From positions 1 to 36,036 of IMG/VR virus record IMGVR_UViG_3300016484_000187: a stretch of DNA of 36,036 bases. The stretch is one strand, 5' to 3'. Position numbers and translations under genes: made by a program. Below, piece by piece: positions 25,510 to 34,088 of the stretch. The notes under the pieces were generated by a model that was not told the DNA's origin, searched no databases, and saw only the letters and a list, made by a program, of their open reading frames with translations. Numbering within the stretch: position 1 is the first letter of the stretch; every line of letters begins with the position of its first letter. The stretch is from a virus.

Positions 25510-27257
25510 CAGTCAACATAGATAGTCAGATAGTCGTTAAGACAGCAGCGCAATGGGCAGCGGATTCAACCGTTTATTCTGCTAAGAGAATATTGGTAAC
25601 ATCTGATGAGTATTACGGTGCAACAGATCAACGCAAGTTCAAAATAGCTAACGGCACGGACACATGGTCTAATTTGGACTATATGCCTATCGGCACGGGT
25701 GGAGCAAGTGGTCTTTTGCATGGTACTGCAACGCAGGTTTCAGCAGGCGTTTATACAACAACCATTTCAGGCGTTTCAGCCTATACAACGGGCGATGTTT
25801 ACGCTATCAAATTTACCAGCGTCAACGATAACGGATCAACTATTAATATCAATTCACTTGGTGCGGTTAACATTTACAAGAATAGCATCGTTCCGCTTGA
25901 ATCAGGTGACATAAAAGCGAATCAGGAAATTATAATCGTTTATGACGGTACTAATTTCCAAGCCATCGGATTGACAAGTGCGCATCTGTTGGCATACGTG
26001 CACAATGCGGAAGGTTCTGTAATTAGCAAAGGACAGGTAGTGTACGCGTTTGGATCAACTGGCAACAAGATGTCCGTTAAATTAGCACGGGCAGACGCAG
26101 ATACTACCTCAGCCAAAACAATCGGTATTGTTTATGACTCGACGATTGGAGTAGGTGCGGAAGGTTATATTATTATTCAGGGTGCAATAGTAGGCGTTAA
26201 CACTGCTGCATATTCGGCAGGTGACACGCTTTATCTTAGTGCATCGACATTTGGAGGTGTGACAAACGTAAAGCCTTATGCTCCTGATCATTTGGTGTAT
26301 GTCGGAATAGTTGAAAGGGCAAATGCGGGTAACGGGCAGATTTATGTCCGCTGTCAAAACGGTTACGAACTTGATGAAATTCACAATGTGGATTTGATTA
26401 CAACACCGCCTGTGAATAATGATGTTTTGACTTACAATTCATCGTCACAGTTGTGGTCGGCTAAAAGCATTAATACAATTCTACCGAATGCTGTAACAGG
26501 TACGGGAACGGCTAATCAGATAACGTACTGGGCAACATCGGGAACGGTTGGATCGTTAAATACTACGACATATCCAAGTTTGACAGAGTTGTCATATGTG
26601 AAAGGCGTTACATCCGCTATTCAGACGCAGATAAACGGTAAACAAGCAACGTTAACAAACCCCGTAACAGGTACAGGAACCAATAATGAGTTAGCCGCAT
26701 TCAATTCTACTGGTAGTACGATAACAAGTTTGACAACAGCGACTTATCCAAGTTTGACGGAGTTATCGTATGTCAAAGGTGTTACATCAGCTATTCAGAC
26801 GCAGCTAAATAGCAAAATAACGTTAGACGATGTTATTTTTACTGTTTACGCACTTTACGGTGGTGCAGCACCTTTGACTGATGGTTCCGTTTGGCATTTT
26901 TCAAATGGAGCTAACGCCCCAACAGCAGGGAATACGGCAGCCAATAACGATTCATTTATGCCTTATTCATGTACGTTACAGGCAGCGGTAGTCAACGTGT
27001 CAGGTAATACGACAGCAGGAACGAATGAAAACCAACTGTGGGAATTGTTAAACGTTACACAAAATACCACAGCGACCATAGGCAACATACAAACAAACGG
27101 TGCATCTGCTACCGTTACAAGTACCTTTAACTTTACAGGTTTATCATTGGCATTTACAGCAGGGGATACGTGGGTATTACGTTGCACTAATCCGACATGG
27201 GCAACAAATCCCGTGGGATCAGTATTTAGGGTATTATTATTTTTCAAACGCGTATAA
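25500..27257 (+). CDS. Tail fibre protein with an internal 57-aa tandem repeat
   Basis: 585 aa. 'VTGTGT.N....TYPSLTELSYVKGVTSAIQTQ.N.K' occurs twice. Confidence 0.6.
   Translation: MAVTVNIDSQIVVKTAAQWAADSTVYSAKRILVTSDEYYGATDQRKFKIANGTDTWSNLDYMPIGTGGASGLLHGTATQVSAGVYTTTISGVSAYTTGDVYAIKFTSVNDNGSTININSLGAVNIYKNSIVPLESGDIKANQEIIIVYDGTNFQAIGLTSAHLLAYVHNAEGSVISKGQVVYAFGSTGNKMSVKLARADADTTSAKTIGIVYDSTIGVGAEGYIIIQGAIVGVNTAAYSAGDTLYLSASTFGGVTNVKPYAPDHLVYVGIVERANAGNGQIYVRCQNGYELDEIHNVDLITTPPVNNDVLTYNSSSQLWSAKSINTILPNAVTGTGTANQITYWATSGTVGSLNTTTYPSLTELSYVKGVTSAIQTQINGKQATLTNPVTGTGTNNELAAFNSTGSTITSLTTATYPSLTELSYVKGVTSAIQTQLNSKITLDDVIFTVYALYGGAAPLTDGSVWHFSNGANAPTAGNTAANNDSFMPYSCTLQAAVVNVSGNTTAGTNENQLWELLNVTQNTTATIGNIQTNGASATVTSTFNFTGLSLAFTAGDTWVLRCTNPTWATNPVGSVFRVLLFFKRV
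26490..26819 (+). repeat. Two tandem copies of a 171-nt coding repeat inside the fibre gene
   Basis: gtaacaggtac at 26493 and at 26664. tatccaagtttgac.gagtt.tc.tatgt.aaagg.gttacatc.gctattcagacgcag appears in both copies. Confidence 0.8.
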
Positions 27258-27258
27258 T

Positions 27259-27516
27259 ATGAGAACTGAAATAATTACAGAGCAAAATCAGCATTTTGAC
27301 TGGATCATAAACGAAAATGGTCAGCCTCAAAAACGCATCTTGTCGGATAAGATTATTGAAAAGCAAATCATTGTAACATACGATGACGAAGGCAACGAAA
27401 TTGCAAGGGACAATTATAATCCTAATGTTTACGTGTCACCTGCATTGATAGCACTTAACAATTCTACACCGCAAGAGATCGAACAGATAAAACAAATACT
27501 TGGAATTAACAATTAA
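27259..27516 (+). CDS. Hypothetical protein
   Basis: Internal ATG of track ORF 27100..27516. The upstream part of that ORF overlaps the fibre gene. Confidence 0.5.
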   Translation: MRTEIITEQNQHFDWIINENGQPQKRILSDKIIEKQIIVTYDDEGNEIARDNYNPNVYVSPALIALNNSTPQEIEQIKQILGINN

Positions 27517-27534
27517 CACATAAACTTATTTATC

Positions 27535-27879
27535 ATGAACAACTTTAGAAGCCTATCATTAACAGAAGAATTGTTGAGCGTTGCAGAGTGCGGAGTTGGT
27601 GGATTAACCGTTCGCGGGTTGAACATCATCAATCCAAATCAAAACACTATTTACGTTAAGTTCTTTGACAATTTTGATGCGGATATTACACTTGGCACAA
27701 CTAAGCCAGTTTTGACAATTGCCGTGCCGTCATCAGGGAATGTTTATCAACCTTTTGAGTCGGGTAAAACAATTCAGTTTTTTAGCACAGCAATCGTAAT
27801 CGCAGCAACAACAGGTGTAGCGGATAGCGACACTAACGCACCACAGTCAGCACTTTACGTTCAATTACAATACAACTAA
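27535..27879 (+). CDS. Hypothetical protein
   Basis: 114-aa ORF. Confidence 0.5.
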   Translation: MNNFRSLSLTEELLSVAECGVGGLTVRGLNIINPNQNTIYVKFFDNFDADITLGTTKPVLTIAVPSSGNVYQPFESGKTIQFFSTAIVIAATTGVADSDTNAPQSALYVQLQYN

Positions 27880-28277
27880 TGGTGCGCGTGTGGTTAATGA
27901 AGTTAGGTGAGAAGTTGATTCACCTGCCTGAATTGCTTATAATTTACTTTGCTCCTGCAAGTGGTCAGTTGTTCGTAGTTGCGATGGCTGTGCTATGCGA
28001 CACGGCAACGGGCGTATGGGCAGCGCGTAAAGTAGGCGAGAAGATAAGCAGCCGTAGGTTAGCGGACGTATTTCCTAAACTGTTGGTGTACTTTCTTTTG
28101 ATTCTGTTAGCGCACACGATCGAGAACGTATTTAAGATCGATTTTGGATTCAGCGTTCGCAGCATTGTGTCATTGGCTATACTTGGTAACGAGTTGATGA
28201 GCATTGACGAGAATCTAAAGAAAGCAACTGGTAAGGGTGTGTTCCAAAAAGTAATCGAAGCAATTAAACGTAAATGA
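27879..28277 (+). CDS. Holin (phage_holin_4-like)
   Basis: Three hydrophobic segments. 'AVLCDTATGVWAA' and 'LGNELMSIDENL' match the holin family pattern. It overlaps the endolysin gene. Confidence 0.6.
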   Translation: MVRVWLMKLGEKLIHLPELLIIYFAPASGQLFVVAMAVLCDTATGVWAARKVGEKISSRRLADVFPKLLVYFLLILLAHTIENVFKIDFGFSVRSIVSLAILGNELMSIDENLKKATGKGVFQKVIEAIKRK

Positions 28278-28771
28278 AAGAGTTAGAACTATTAATCATC
28301 CATTGCACGTCAACACCGGAAGGCAGACCGCACACAGGCGCGGACATTCGCGCATGGCATACGTCAGCACCGCCAAAGGGCAGAGGTTGGAAGCAGGTCG
28401 GGTATAGTGACTTAATTCACCTACGTGGTACGGTTGAGAATTTAGTGCCGTATGACGATGATAACATTGTGCAACCGCGTGAGGTTACAAATGGTGCGGT
28501 AGGTACTAATCAGAAAGCGCGTCACGTGTGTTACGTTGGTGGAATGAGCAAGGACATGAAGAAAGCAAAGGACACGCGAACGCCTGAACAACTTGAAGCG
28601 ATGAAGGCGTATGTATTAAACACTATTGCAAAGCATCCACAAATAAAGGTGGCAGGTCACAACCAATTTGCGGTAAAGGCTTGTCCGTCGTTCGATGTAC
28701 GATCATGGGCGCGAAGCATTGGGGTGAAAGATGAGAATATCTATCTTAGCGACCTGATGTACAAGTTATAA
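28274..28771 (+). CDS. N-acetylmuramoyl-L-alanine amidase endolysin (Amidase_2/PGRP, T7-lysozyme-like)
   Basis: 'LLIIHCTSTPEG', 'HVCYVGG', 'VAGHNQFAVKACPSFDV'. Confidence 0.8.
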   Translation: MKELELLIIHCTSTPEGRPHTGADIRAWHTSAPPKGRGWKQVGYSDLIHLRGTVENLVPYDDDNIVQPREVTNGAVGTNQKARHVCYVGGMSKDMKKAKDTRTPEQLEAMKAYVLNTIAKHPQIKVAGHNQFAVKACPSFDVRSWARSIGVKDENIYLSDLMYKL

Positions 28772-28787
28772 ACCAAACCAAAACCAA

Positions 28788-29774
28788 ATGGCAGGAAAAA
28801 CTAAAATTCAGGGTAAGGTAGTAATTAATTACCTTGAGAAGTTCCCAACGGTAGCGACACGGGCAATTGCGCGTAAAATCTACAACGAAAACATTGAACT
28901 GTTTACATCCTATGACGCAGTACGTAACGCCGTAAAATACTATCGTGGTGCGTTAGGTGATAAGAAAAGAGAACAAGTACAGCGCAAAGGATTTCAATTC
29001 CAAACACCTCAACCGCCAGTATCATACGCAGAGAAGCGCGAAGATTTTATAATGCCGAAAGGTGTGACGCGGTTAGGTATTTTATCCGATATTCATTTGC
29101 CTTACCACGATGAAGCAGCGTTGATAGCAGCCGTTAATCACTTGAAAGATCAAAAGGTTAACGGTTTATTGCTTAACGGTGATACGTTGGACTTTCACGG
29201 TGTATCATTTCACGAGAAAGATCCAAGAGCGCGTAAGATTAGTGAGGAAATAGAGACGTGGAAGCAGTTTATCGCATGGGTGAAACATGAGTTAAGTTGC
29301 CCGATTTACTTCAAGATCGGCAACCACGAACAGCGTTTGGTGCGTTATATGCAAGTGAAAGCACCTGAATTGCTCGATTTACCGAACTTTAATCTGTCCG
29401 AAATACTTGAGTTCGGAAAGCATGGAGTTATTGAAATAGGATCGCTGCAACGCATTAAAGCAGGTAAGTTTACCATTTATCACGGTCATGAGTTCAAAGG
29501 TAGCGGTGGCGTATATCCTGCACGTTGGTTAGCGTTAAAATCGCGCATCAGTTCAGCCGTTGGTCATTTCCATAAGGAATCACAATTTACATGGAAGAAC
29601 AGCGATGGCACGGACTACGTGTGCTATTCATTCGGATGTTTGTGCGACCTTTCGCCTGACTACTTGCCTGAGAACGATTGGACGCAAGGATGCGCGGTGT
29701 TGCATATTGATGCTAAGACAGGAGAATACGTGATGAAACAGGCGCGAATAGTTAACGGTAAAGTTTACGCGTGA
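28788..29774 (+). CDS. Calcineurin-like metallophosphoesterase with an N-terminal HTH-like domain
   Basis: 'GILSDIHLPYHD', 'LLNGDTLDFHG', 'KIGNHEQR', 'IYHGHEF', 'VGHFH'. N-terminus 'VATRAIARKIYNENIELFTSYDAVRNAVKYYR'. Confidence 0.75.
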   Translation: MAGKTKIQGKVVINYLEKFPTVATRAIARKIYNENIELFTSYDAVRNAVKYYRGALGDKKREQVQRKGFQFQTPQPPVSYAEKREDFIMPKGVTRLGILSDIHLPYHDEAALIAAVNHLKDQKVNGLLLNGDTLDFHGVSFHEKDPRARKISEEIETWKQFIAWVKHELSCPIYFKIGNHEQRLVRYMQVKAPELLDLPNFNLSEILEFGKHGVIEIGSLQRIKAGKFTIYHGHEFKGSGGVYPARWLALKSRISSAVGHFHKESQFTWKNSDGTDYVCYSFGCLCDLSPDYLPENDWTQGCAVLHIDAKTGEYVMKQARIVNGKVYA

Positions 29775-30055
29775 TGGAAGCACCAAGCGGATTCCCTTAC
29801 TTTGAGTTTGAGATGCTCGAATACGACGAAGGCAAAGAGTTGTATTTTAAGCGTAAAGCTACACTATGCTACGTAGCCGAATGGATTGTATTCTGGCGAT
29901 CAACGGAGGTAAGCGGTGAGAAAGTTGTATACATGAGAACGTCGGACGGGTGGGAGTATATCGCGGTGGATTCATACAAGAAAATAACTGAACGAATAAA
30001 ACAATGGAACGATTATTTGGAATTGGTTTATCAATCGCGTTCGGCATCGGAGTAG
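29771..30055 (+). CDS. Hypothetical protein
   Basis: 94-aa ORF with an ATGA-type overlap upstream. Confidence 0.5.
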   Translation: MMEAPSGFPYFEFEMLEYDEGKELYFKRKATLCYVAEWIVFWRSTEVSGEKVVYMRTSDGWEYIAVDSYKKITERIKQWNDYLELVYQSRSASE

Positions 30056-30438
30056 GATGGTATTTGTTCAGCGGTAAAGTTGAGACAGTTGTAGAGCGTG
30101 AGGTGATCGTTAAGTACGACACGTTGATACTGCATCGTGATACTGTCATTGAACACGTTGAACGATTGCAGTCAATGATTGTGAAATATCAGACCATCAC
30201 GGACACGGTTACCAAGCTACAGATGTGCGATACGATTGTGGTAAAGTGCGATAGTTTAGCCGAGCAATACAGGCAGCAGGATAGCCTTCACCGTGAGTAT
30301 GTCACAGAATTAGGGTTAATCAATGCCCAAAATGTTGCAGAATTACACAAAGTGCAAAAGAAAAACCGCAGAAAAACAGCGGTAATTGCAGCCCTGAGTG
30401 GAATAATAGCAGGTTTTACAGTAAATTTATTGCGTTGA
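30004..30438 (+). CDS. Membrane protein with N- and C-terminal TM helices flanking a coiled coil. Lysis-accessory or spanin-like candidate.
   Basis: 'LFGIGLSIAFGIGVGWYLF' ... heptad-like middle ... 'TAVIAALSGIIAGFTVNLL'. It overlaps the previous ORF by 52 nt. Confidence 0.5.
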   Translation: MERLFGIGLSIAFGIGVGWYLFSGKVETVVEREVIVKYDTLILHRDTVIEHVERLQSMIVKYQTITDTVTKLQMCDTIVVKCDSLAEQYRQQDSLHREYVTELGLINAQNVAELHKVQKKNRRKTAVIAALSGIIAGFTVNLLR

Positions 30439-30458
30439 TTATCAATTAGTTACGGATT

Positions 30459-30485
30459 AGTTGCAAAAATCGCAACTTTATTTTT
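30459..30485 (+). terminator. Probable terminator at the end of the late operon
   Basis: AGTTGC (30459-64) pairs with GCAACT (30472-77) and is followed by ttattttt. Confidence 0.5.
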
Positions 30486-30495
30486 ACGTTTACAC

Positions 30496-30525
30496 TTGTG
30501 TAAATGAAAATTAGCCGTATATTTG
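30496..30525 (+). promoter_or_regulatory. Bacteroidota-type promoter (TTG-N19-TATATTTG), overlapped by the palindrome TTTACAC-TT-GTGTAAA
   Basis: TTG at 30496-98. TATATTTG at 30518-25 fits the TAnnTTTG -7 consensus. The palindrome lies at 30489-30504. Confidence 0.6.
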
Positions 30526-30563
30526 TCCTATCAAATTAAAACAAACAACTAAAACCAAGAACT

Positions 30564-30794
30564 ATGAACTACGAGCTAAAAGTTACTGAAACAAACAACA
30601 AATCAGGAAAGTTTATGTATCAGGTAATTGACGAATCGGGCAATGTAATTTCTTCGAGAAGCAGCAACCGCGAGTATGTTGCCTGTACGATTGATGCGTT
30701 TTATTTCTTTGGTCGTGTAGATTTAATTGGTAAAGGAGATCACGGTCGTAATATCAAACACGGTTATAACAAACCAATAGCTTACAAAAAGTAA
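30564..30794 (+). CDS. Hypothetical early protein
   Basis: 76-aa ORF with the leader aaaaccaagaactATG. Confidence 0.55.
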   Translation: MNYELKVTETNNKSGKFMYQVIDESGNVISSRSSNREYVACTIDAFYFFGRVDLIGKGDHGRNIKHGYNKPIAYKK

Positions 30795-30848
30795 AACCAA
30801 ACGGGGAGCAGCATCCGAATAACTGCATAACCTTAAAAACCAAGAACT

Positions 30849-31025
30849 ATGAAAACTTTAACAGAAAACCAAGCGATCGCAAAAGCAAAAAAACAATTCT
30901 GCGAAGAACATAATTTAACGCGTTTGCCGAAGAATTGTCACGTTAGCATTCATCCACGCTATTCAGGCGGTAAGTATGTTTTGATTAGCAACCGCAAAGG
31001 TTTAACCACCGAGTTTTATTTTTAA
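30849..31025 (+). CDS. Hypothetical early protein (58 aa), absent from the ORF track
   Basis: Hand translation: MKTLTENQAIAKAKKQFCEEHNLTRLPKNCHVSIHPRYSGGKYVLISNRKGLTTEFYF*. Its leader aaaaccaagaactATGaa is identical to the one at 30551. Confidence 0.5.
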   Translation: MKTLTENQAIAKAKKQFCEEHNLTRLPKNCHVSIHPRYSGGKYVLISNRKGLTTEFYF

Positions 31026-31157
31026 CACAACGGGCAAACGAAAACCGCCAAAACTACGCTAATATTAGGATATTGGCGCGTTACAACTTCAAAGTACATT
31101 AACTACGCTTGTTCAGAATTAGGACTAACTAAAACAACCAACTAAAACCATAACAAC

Positions 31158-31451
31158 ATGAACTGGAAACAATTTATAGCCGTACCGATATTCCTGCTAA
31201 TTATAGCAATAATGTTTGCAAAAGCGTGTAACCAATATGATGAACGTCATCCACGCGATATGCACTCCCCGACCATCTTCGTAACAGATAGCACGGAGGC
31301 AATTAAGAACTGTGACGAGTGCATCAAACGCAACGTCAAGAAGCGTGTCAGCTACGAAGCAGCGGTAAAGTTATGCCGTGCCTTATGGCTCAACGACACA
31401 ACCGGACAAGCCGAACCACTCAAGGATGACGAATGGGTGGATCATGAATAA
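31158..31451 (+). CDS. Secreted or lipoprotein-like early protein
   Basis: N-terminal 'FIAVPIFLLIIAIMFAKAC' followed by 'NQYDE'. Confidence 0.5.
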   Translation: MNWKQFIAVPIFLLIIAIMFAKACNQYDERHPRDMHSPTIFVTDSTEAIKNCDECIKRNVKKRVSYEAAVKLCRALWLNDTTGQAEPLKDDEWVDHE

Positions 31452-31474
31452 GTAAACCAATAAACCAAATAAAT

Positions 31475-31729
31475 ATGACAACAGAAACCAAAACACAAGC
31501 AGAATTGCTGCAAATCTTAACGGAGATTAACGACAAAATATCTTTGGAGTTATTCTATTCCATCGAGACAGGACATGGCAGAATTAGACTGCAAGGACAT
31601 TACAGTAAGCAAGTCCGTAAGCAATGCGAGGCAGCATTTGACACATCATTCTACCTTACTGATGAAAACTGGGTAAAATTGCAGCATGACGAGTTAAACC
31701 TATCTATTTACTTAACCTTACCCGAATAA
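31475..31729 (+). CDS. Hypothetical early protein
   Basis: 84-aa ORF with an A/C-rich leader. Confidence 0.55.
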   Translation: MTTETKTQAELLQILTEINDKISLELFYSIETGHGRIRLQGHYSKQVRKQCEAAFDTSFYLTDENWVKLQHDELNLSIYLTLPE

Positions 31730-31731
31730 AT

Positions 31732-31980
31732 ATGAAATCATCACTCACAAAGTACGTCACCATTAACTTCTTTATGGATGACACGGAAGGAATCTCATTT
31801 GACGTTCCTGTACACGTAACAGTCAGCGAGGTAGCAGGTGACTGGTATAACGAGAAACAAACAGACATCAACGCGGTAATCGACTACAAAGATTTGACCG
31901 ATGCTATCCAACGCTTTGCGGACTTCATGAAGCAGGACGTGATCAATTACGTAGAAACCGAAGTCATCGACAACCTATGA
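31732..31980 (+). CDS. Small, strongly acidic early protein
   Basis: 82 aa. I counted 16 D/E against 6 K/R. Confidence 0.55.
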   Translation: MKSSLTKYVTINFFMDDTEGISFDVPVHVTVSEVAGDWYNEKQTDINAVIDYKDLTDAIQRFADFMKQDVINYVETEVIDNL

Positions 31981-32147
31981 AGTCAATAGATAAATTAAAC
32001 CGCAAGATCAAGTTATTAGGAATCAGCAAGTCCCACGTGGCAAAGTTAATCGGATGCAGCCGTCCGCACCTTTACCGAATCTTACGCGGTGAACGCTACT
32101 TAACTGATGCGCAAAAAAAATCTTTGCAGGACAACCAACTAATCTAA
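31977..32147 (+). CDS. Small HTH DNA-binding protein (56 aa), absent from the ORF track
   Basis: Hand translation: MKSIDKLNRKIKLLGISKSHVAKLIGCSRPHLYRILRGERYLTDAQKKSLQDNQLI*. ATGA overlap with the upstream gene. Confidence 0.55.
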   Translation: MKSIDKLNRKIKLLGISKSHVAKLIGCSRPHLYRILRGERYLTDAQKKSLQDNQLI

Positions 32148-32154
32148 ATTTTAG

Positions 32155-32170
32155 TTACATTTGTGTAAAT
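32155..32170 (+). promoter_or_regulatory. Second copy of the TTACAyTTGTGTAAAT operator-like element. It contains TACATTTG, a TAnnTTTG match.
   Basis: 15 of 16 nt are identical to 30490-30505. It lies in the intergenic region upstream of the recT-like gene. Confidence 0.5.
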
Positions 32171-32185
32171 CAAAACCAAAACAAA

Positions 32186-32905
32186 ATGAAACAGAAAACA
32201 GAAACAAAGATCGTCGATGGCATTGAATATCCTGCCGACTTCGATCAACAACCGGAGGTGCAAGAGCAACCTACCGAGCAACCAACAGCCGAAGTGCCTG
32301 TTGTAATTGATGAACCTGTTGCTATCCAACCGCGTCAGGTCAACCAAGCGGTGAGCGTATTCACCAATGCAGAATCTTTTGAACTGGCGCAACGTCAGGC
32401 AAAGGTACTGGCAGCATCACAGTTAGTGCCTAAGACATATCAGGGCAACATCGCTGACTGCATCATTGCTATCGAAACCGCATCCCGTATCGGAGCGTCT
32501 CCGCTAATGGTTATGCAGAACCTGTACATCGTTCACGGCAAACCTGCATGGTCGAGTAATTTCCTGATTGCAACGCTTAACGCATCGACCGCATGGGGTA
32601 CGATTGGCTATGAGGAATCAGACAAAGACGGTGGATCATGCCGAGCGTATGCAGAGGACAAGCGCACAGGCGAAATTAAGCATGGCATCTGGGTTAGCGT
32701 TAAGATGGCAACGGACGAAGGATGGGCAACAAAGGCAGGTAGCAAGTGGAAGACAATGCCACAGCTAATGCTTCGCTATCGTGCAGCAGCGTTCTTTGTG
32801 CGACAATTTGCACCCGAGATCAGCATGGGCATCCACACCTACGAGGAAGTAATCGACGTACAATCACAACCACTAAAACAGAACACACGATGGACACAAG
32901 AGTAG
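32186..32905 (+). CDS. recT: RecT-family single-strand annealing protein
   Basis: 'IETASRIGASPLMVMQNLYIVHGKPAWSSNFLIA' and 'WKTMPQLMLRYRAAAFFVRQFAPE'. It is followed by a YqaJ-type exonuclease. Confidence 0.6.
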   Translation: MKQKTETKIVDGIEYPADFDQQPEVQEQPTEQPTAEVPVVIDEPVAIQPRQVNQAVSVFTNAESFELAQRQAKVLAASQLVPKTYQGNIADCIIAIETASRIGASPLMVMQNLYIVHGKPAWSSNFLIATLNASTAWGTIGYEESDKDGGSCRAYAEDKRTGEIKHGIWVSVKMATDEGWATKAGSKWKTMPQLMLRYRAAAFFVRQFAPEISMGIHTYEEVIDVQSQPLKQNTRWTQE

Positions 32906-33546
32906 AAGCAAACAGTTTTGAATGGCATCAGGCGCGTGTAGGCAAATGGACCGCGAGTAACCTGTACGACTTAATTTGCACACCTAAGAAGCGACCACGC
33001 CCGTACATCATACAGAAGTTAGCCGAGCGATTGACTGGCGAAAGTCAGGAGGACTTCTACGAGAGCGCGGATATCGCACACGGTGTAGAAAATGAATCCC
33101 GTGCATTTACATGGCTTGAAAAGTTAGTGCCAACTGTAACGCTCGAAGATAGCAGCTATTTTCAGCAATGGGACGAAGTTCCTACATTTGGTGCAACGTG
33201 TGATCGTGTTGGAACATACGCAGGTGAAGATTGTATTTTTGAGGTTAAATGCCCAAAGACAACCACGCACCTACGTTATTGCCTTATGGAAAGCGTCGAG
33301 GATTTGAAGAAGGAAATGCCAAAGTATTACTGGCAGATCGTCGCAGGTTGTATCGTTCACGGAGTTGATCGTGGTATGTTTGTTTCTTTCGATCCACGTG
33401 TCGATGATGAATGTGGATTGTACTATTTATTTTTTGGTGTTCCTGAATCCGACATCGATTTAGGCAAAGAAGCCATCCGAAAAGCCGAAGCAGAGTTGCA
33501 GGAGTTAAAAACAAAACTGAACATCACACAATTTAAGATCGGATAA
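32890..33546 (+). CDS. YqaJ/lambda-Exo-like recombination exonuclease (PD-(D/E)XK)
   Basis: 'FEWHQARVGKWTASNLYDLI' and 'CIFEVKCPK'. The start is moved to ATG 32890, because the track start 32746 lies inside recT. Confidence 0.65.
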   Translation: MDTRVEANSFEWHQARVGKWTASNLYDLICTPKKRPRPYIIQKLAERLTGESQEDFYESADIAHGVENESRAFTWLEKLVPTVTLEDSSYFQQWDEVPTFGATCDRVGTYAGEDCIFEVKCPKTTTHLRYCLMESVEDLKKEMPKYYWQIVAGCIVHGVDRGMFVSFDPRVDDECGLYYLFFGVPESDIDLGKEAIRKAEAELQELKTKLNITQFKIG

Positions 33547-33809
33547 TGAAGTACAAATACAAGCGCGACGGGAATGAGGCAGAAATTGTCAAGGCTATGG
33601 AAGCCATTGGTGCAACCGTGAACAAGATCAACGGACGCGACATTCCCGACCTGCTTGTAAGTTATCGCGGTAAGTGGTTTGTGATGGAGGTCAAAACCAA
33701 AACAGGCAAACTGCGCGAAGGTCAGGAGCGATTTCAGCAAATTAACTGCGCTCCCGTGTACGTTGTACGAACATCAGACGAAGCAATAGAATTATTAACC
33801 AATAACTAA
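33546..33809 (+). CDS. VRR-NUC domain nuclease
   Basis: 'EAEIVKAMEAIGATV', 'IPDLLVSYRGKWFVMEVKTKTGKLREGQ'. Confidence 0.6.
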   Translation: MKYKYKRDGNEAEIVKAMEAIGATVNKINGRDIPDLLVSYRGKWFVMEVKTKTGKLREGQERFQQINCAPVYVVRTSDEAIELLTNN

Positions 33810-33821
33810 AACCAAAACAAA

Positions 33822-34088
33822 ATGAAAACCAAAACACAAAAATCAGCATTAATCCAAGCGTTCATCGACAACAAGCATTTAACCGCTATTACAGCGTTCA
33901 AATTGACTGGATCAATGAAACTATCCACTCGCGTTCCTGAATTTGAACAGATGGGGTTAAAATTCAAGAAAACGCCTATCCAGTTTAAAACTAAATACGG
34001 AACATCGGGCAGGTATAACGAGTATCAACTTGTCAATAAGTCGGAAGCAATAAAGTTGCTCAAAGGTTTGCAGAAAGGCAATAGTTAG
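33822..34088 (+). CDS. Small winged-helix/HTH-like protein
   Basis: 'LTAITAFKLTGSMKLSTRVPEFEQMGLKF...RYNEYQL'. Confidence 0.35.
   Translation: MKTKTQKSALIQAFIDNKHLTAITAFKLTGSMKLSTRVPEFEQMGLKFKKTPIQFKTKYGTSGRYNEYQLVNKSEAIKLLKGLQKGNS

Noticed and set aside
31043-31053. The 11-nt match gaaaaccgcca, shared between the 31026-31157 intergenic region and the dnaB start.
   Set aside because: Many chance 11-mer matches are expected in 36 kb, and there is no extended similarity around it.
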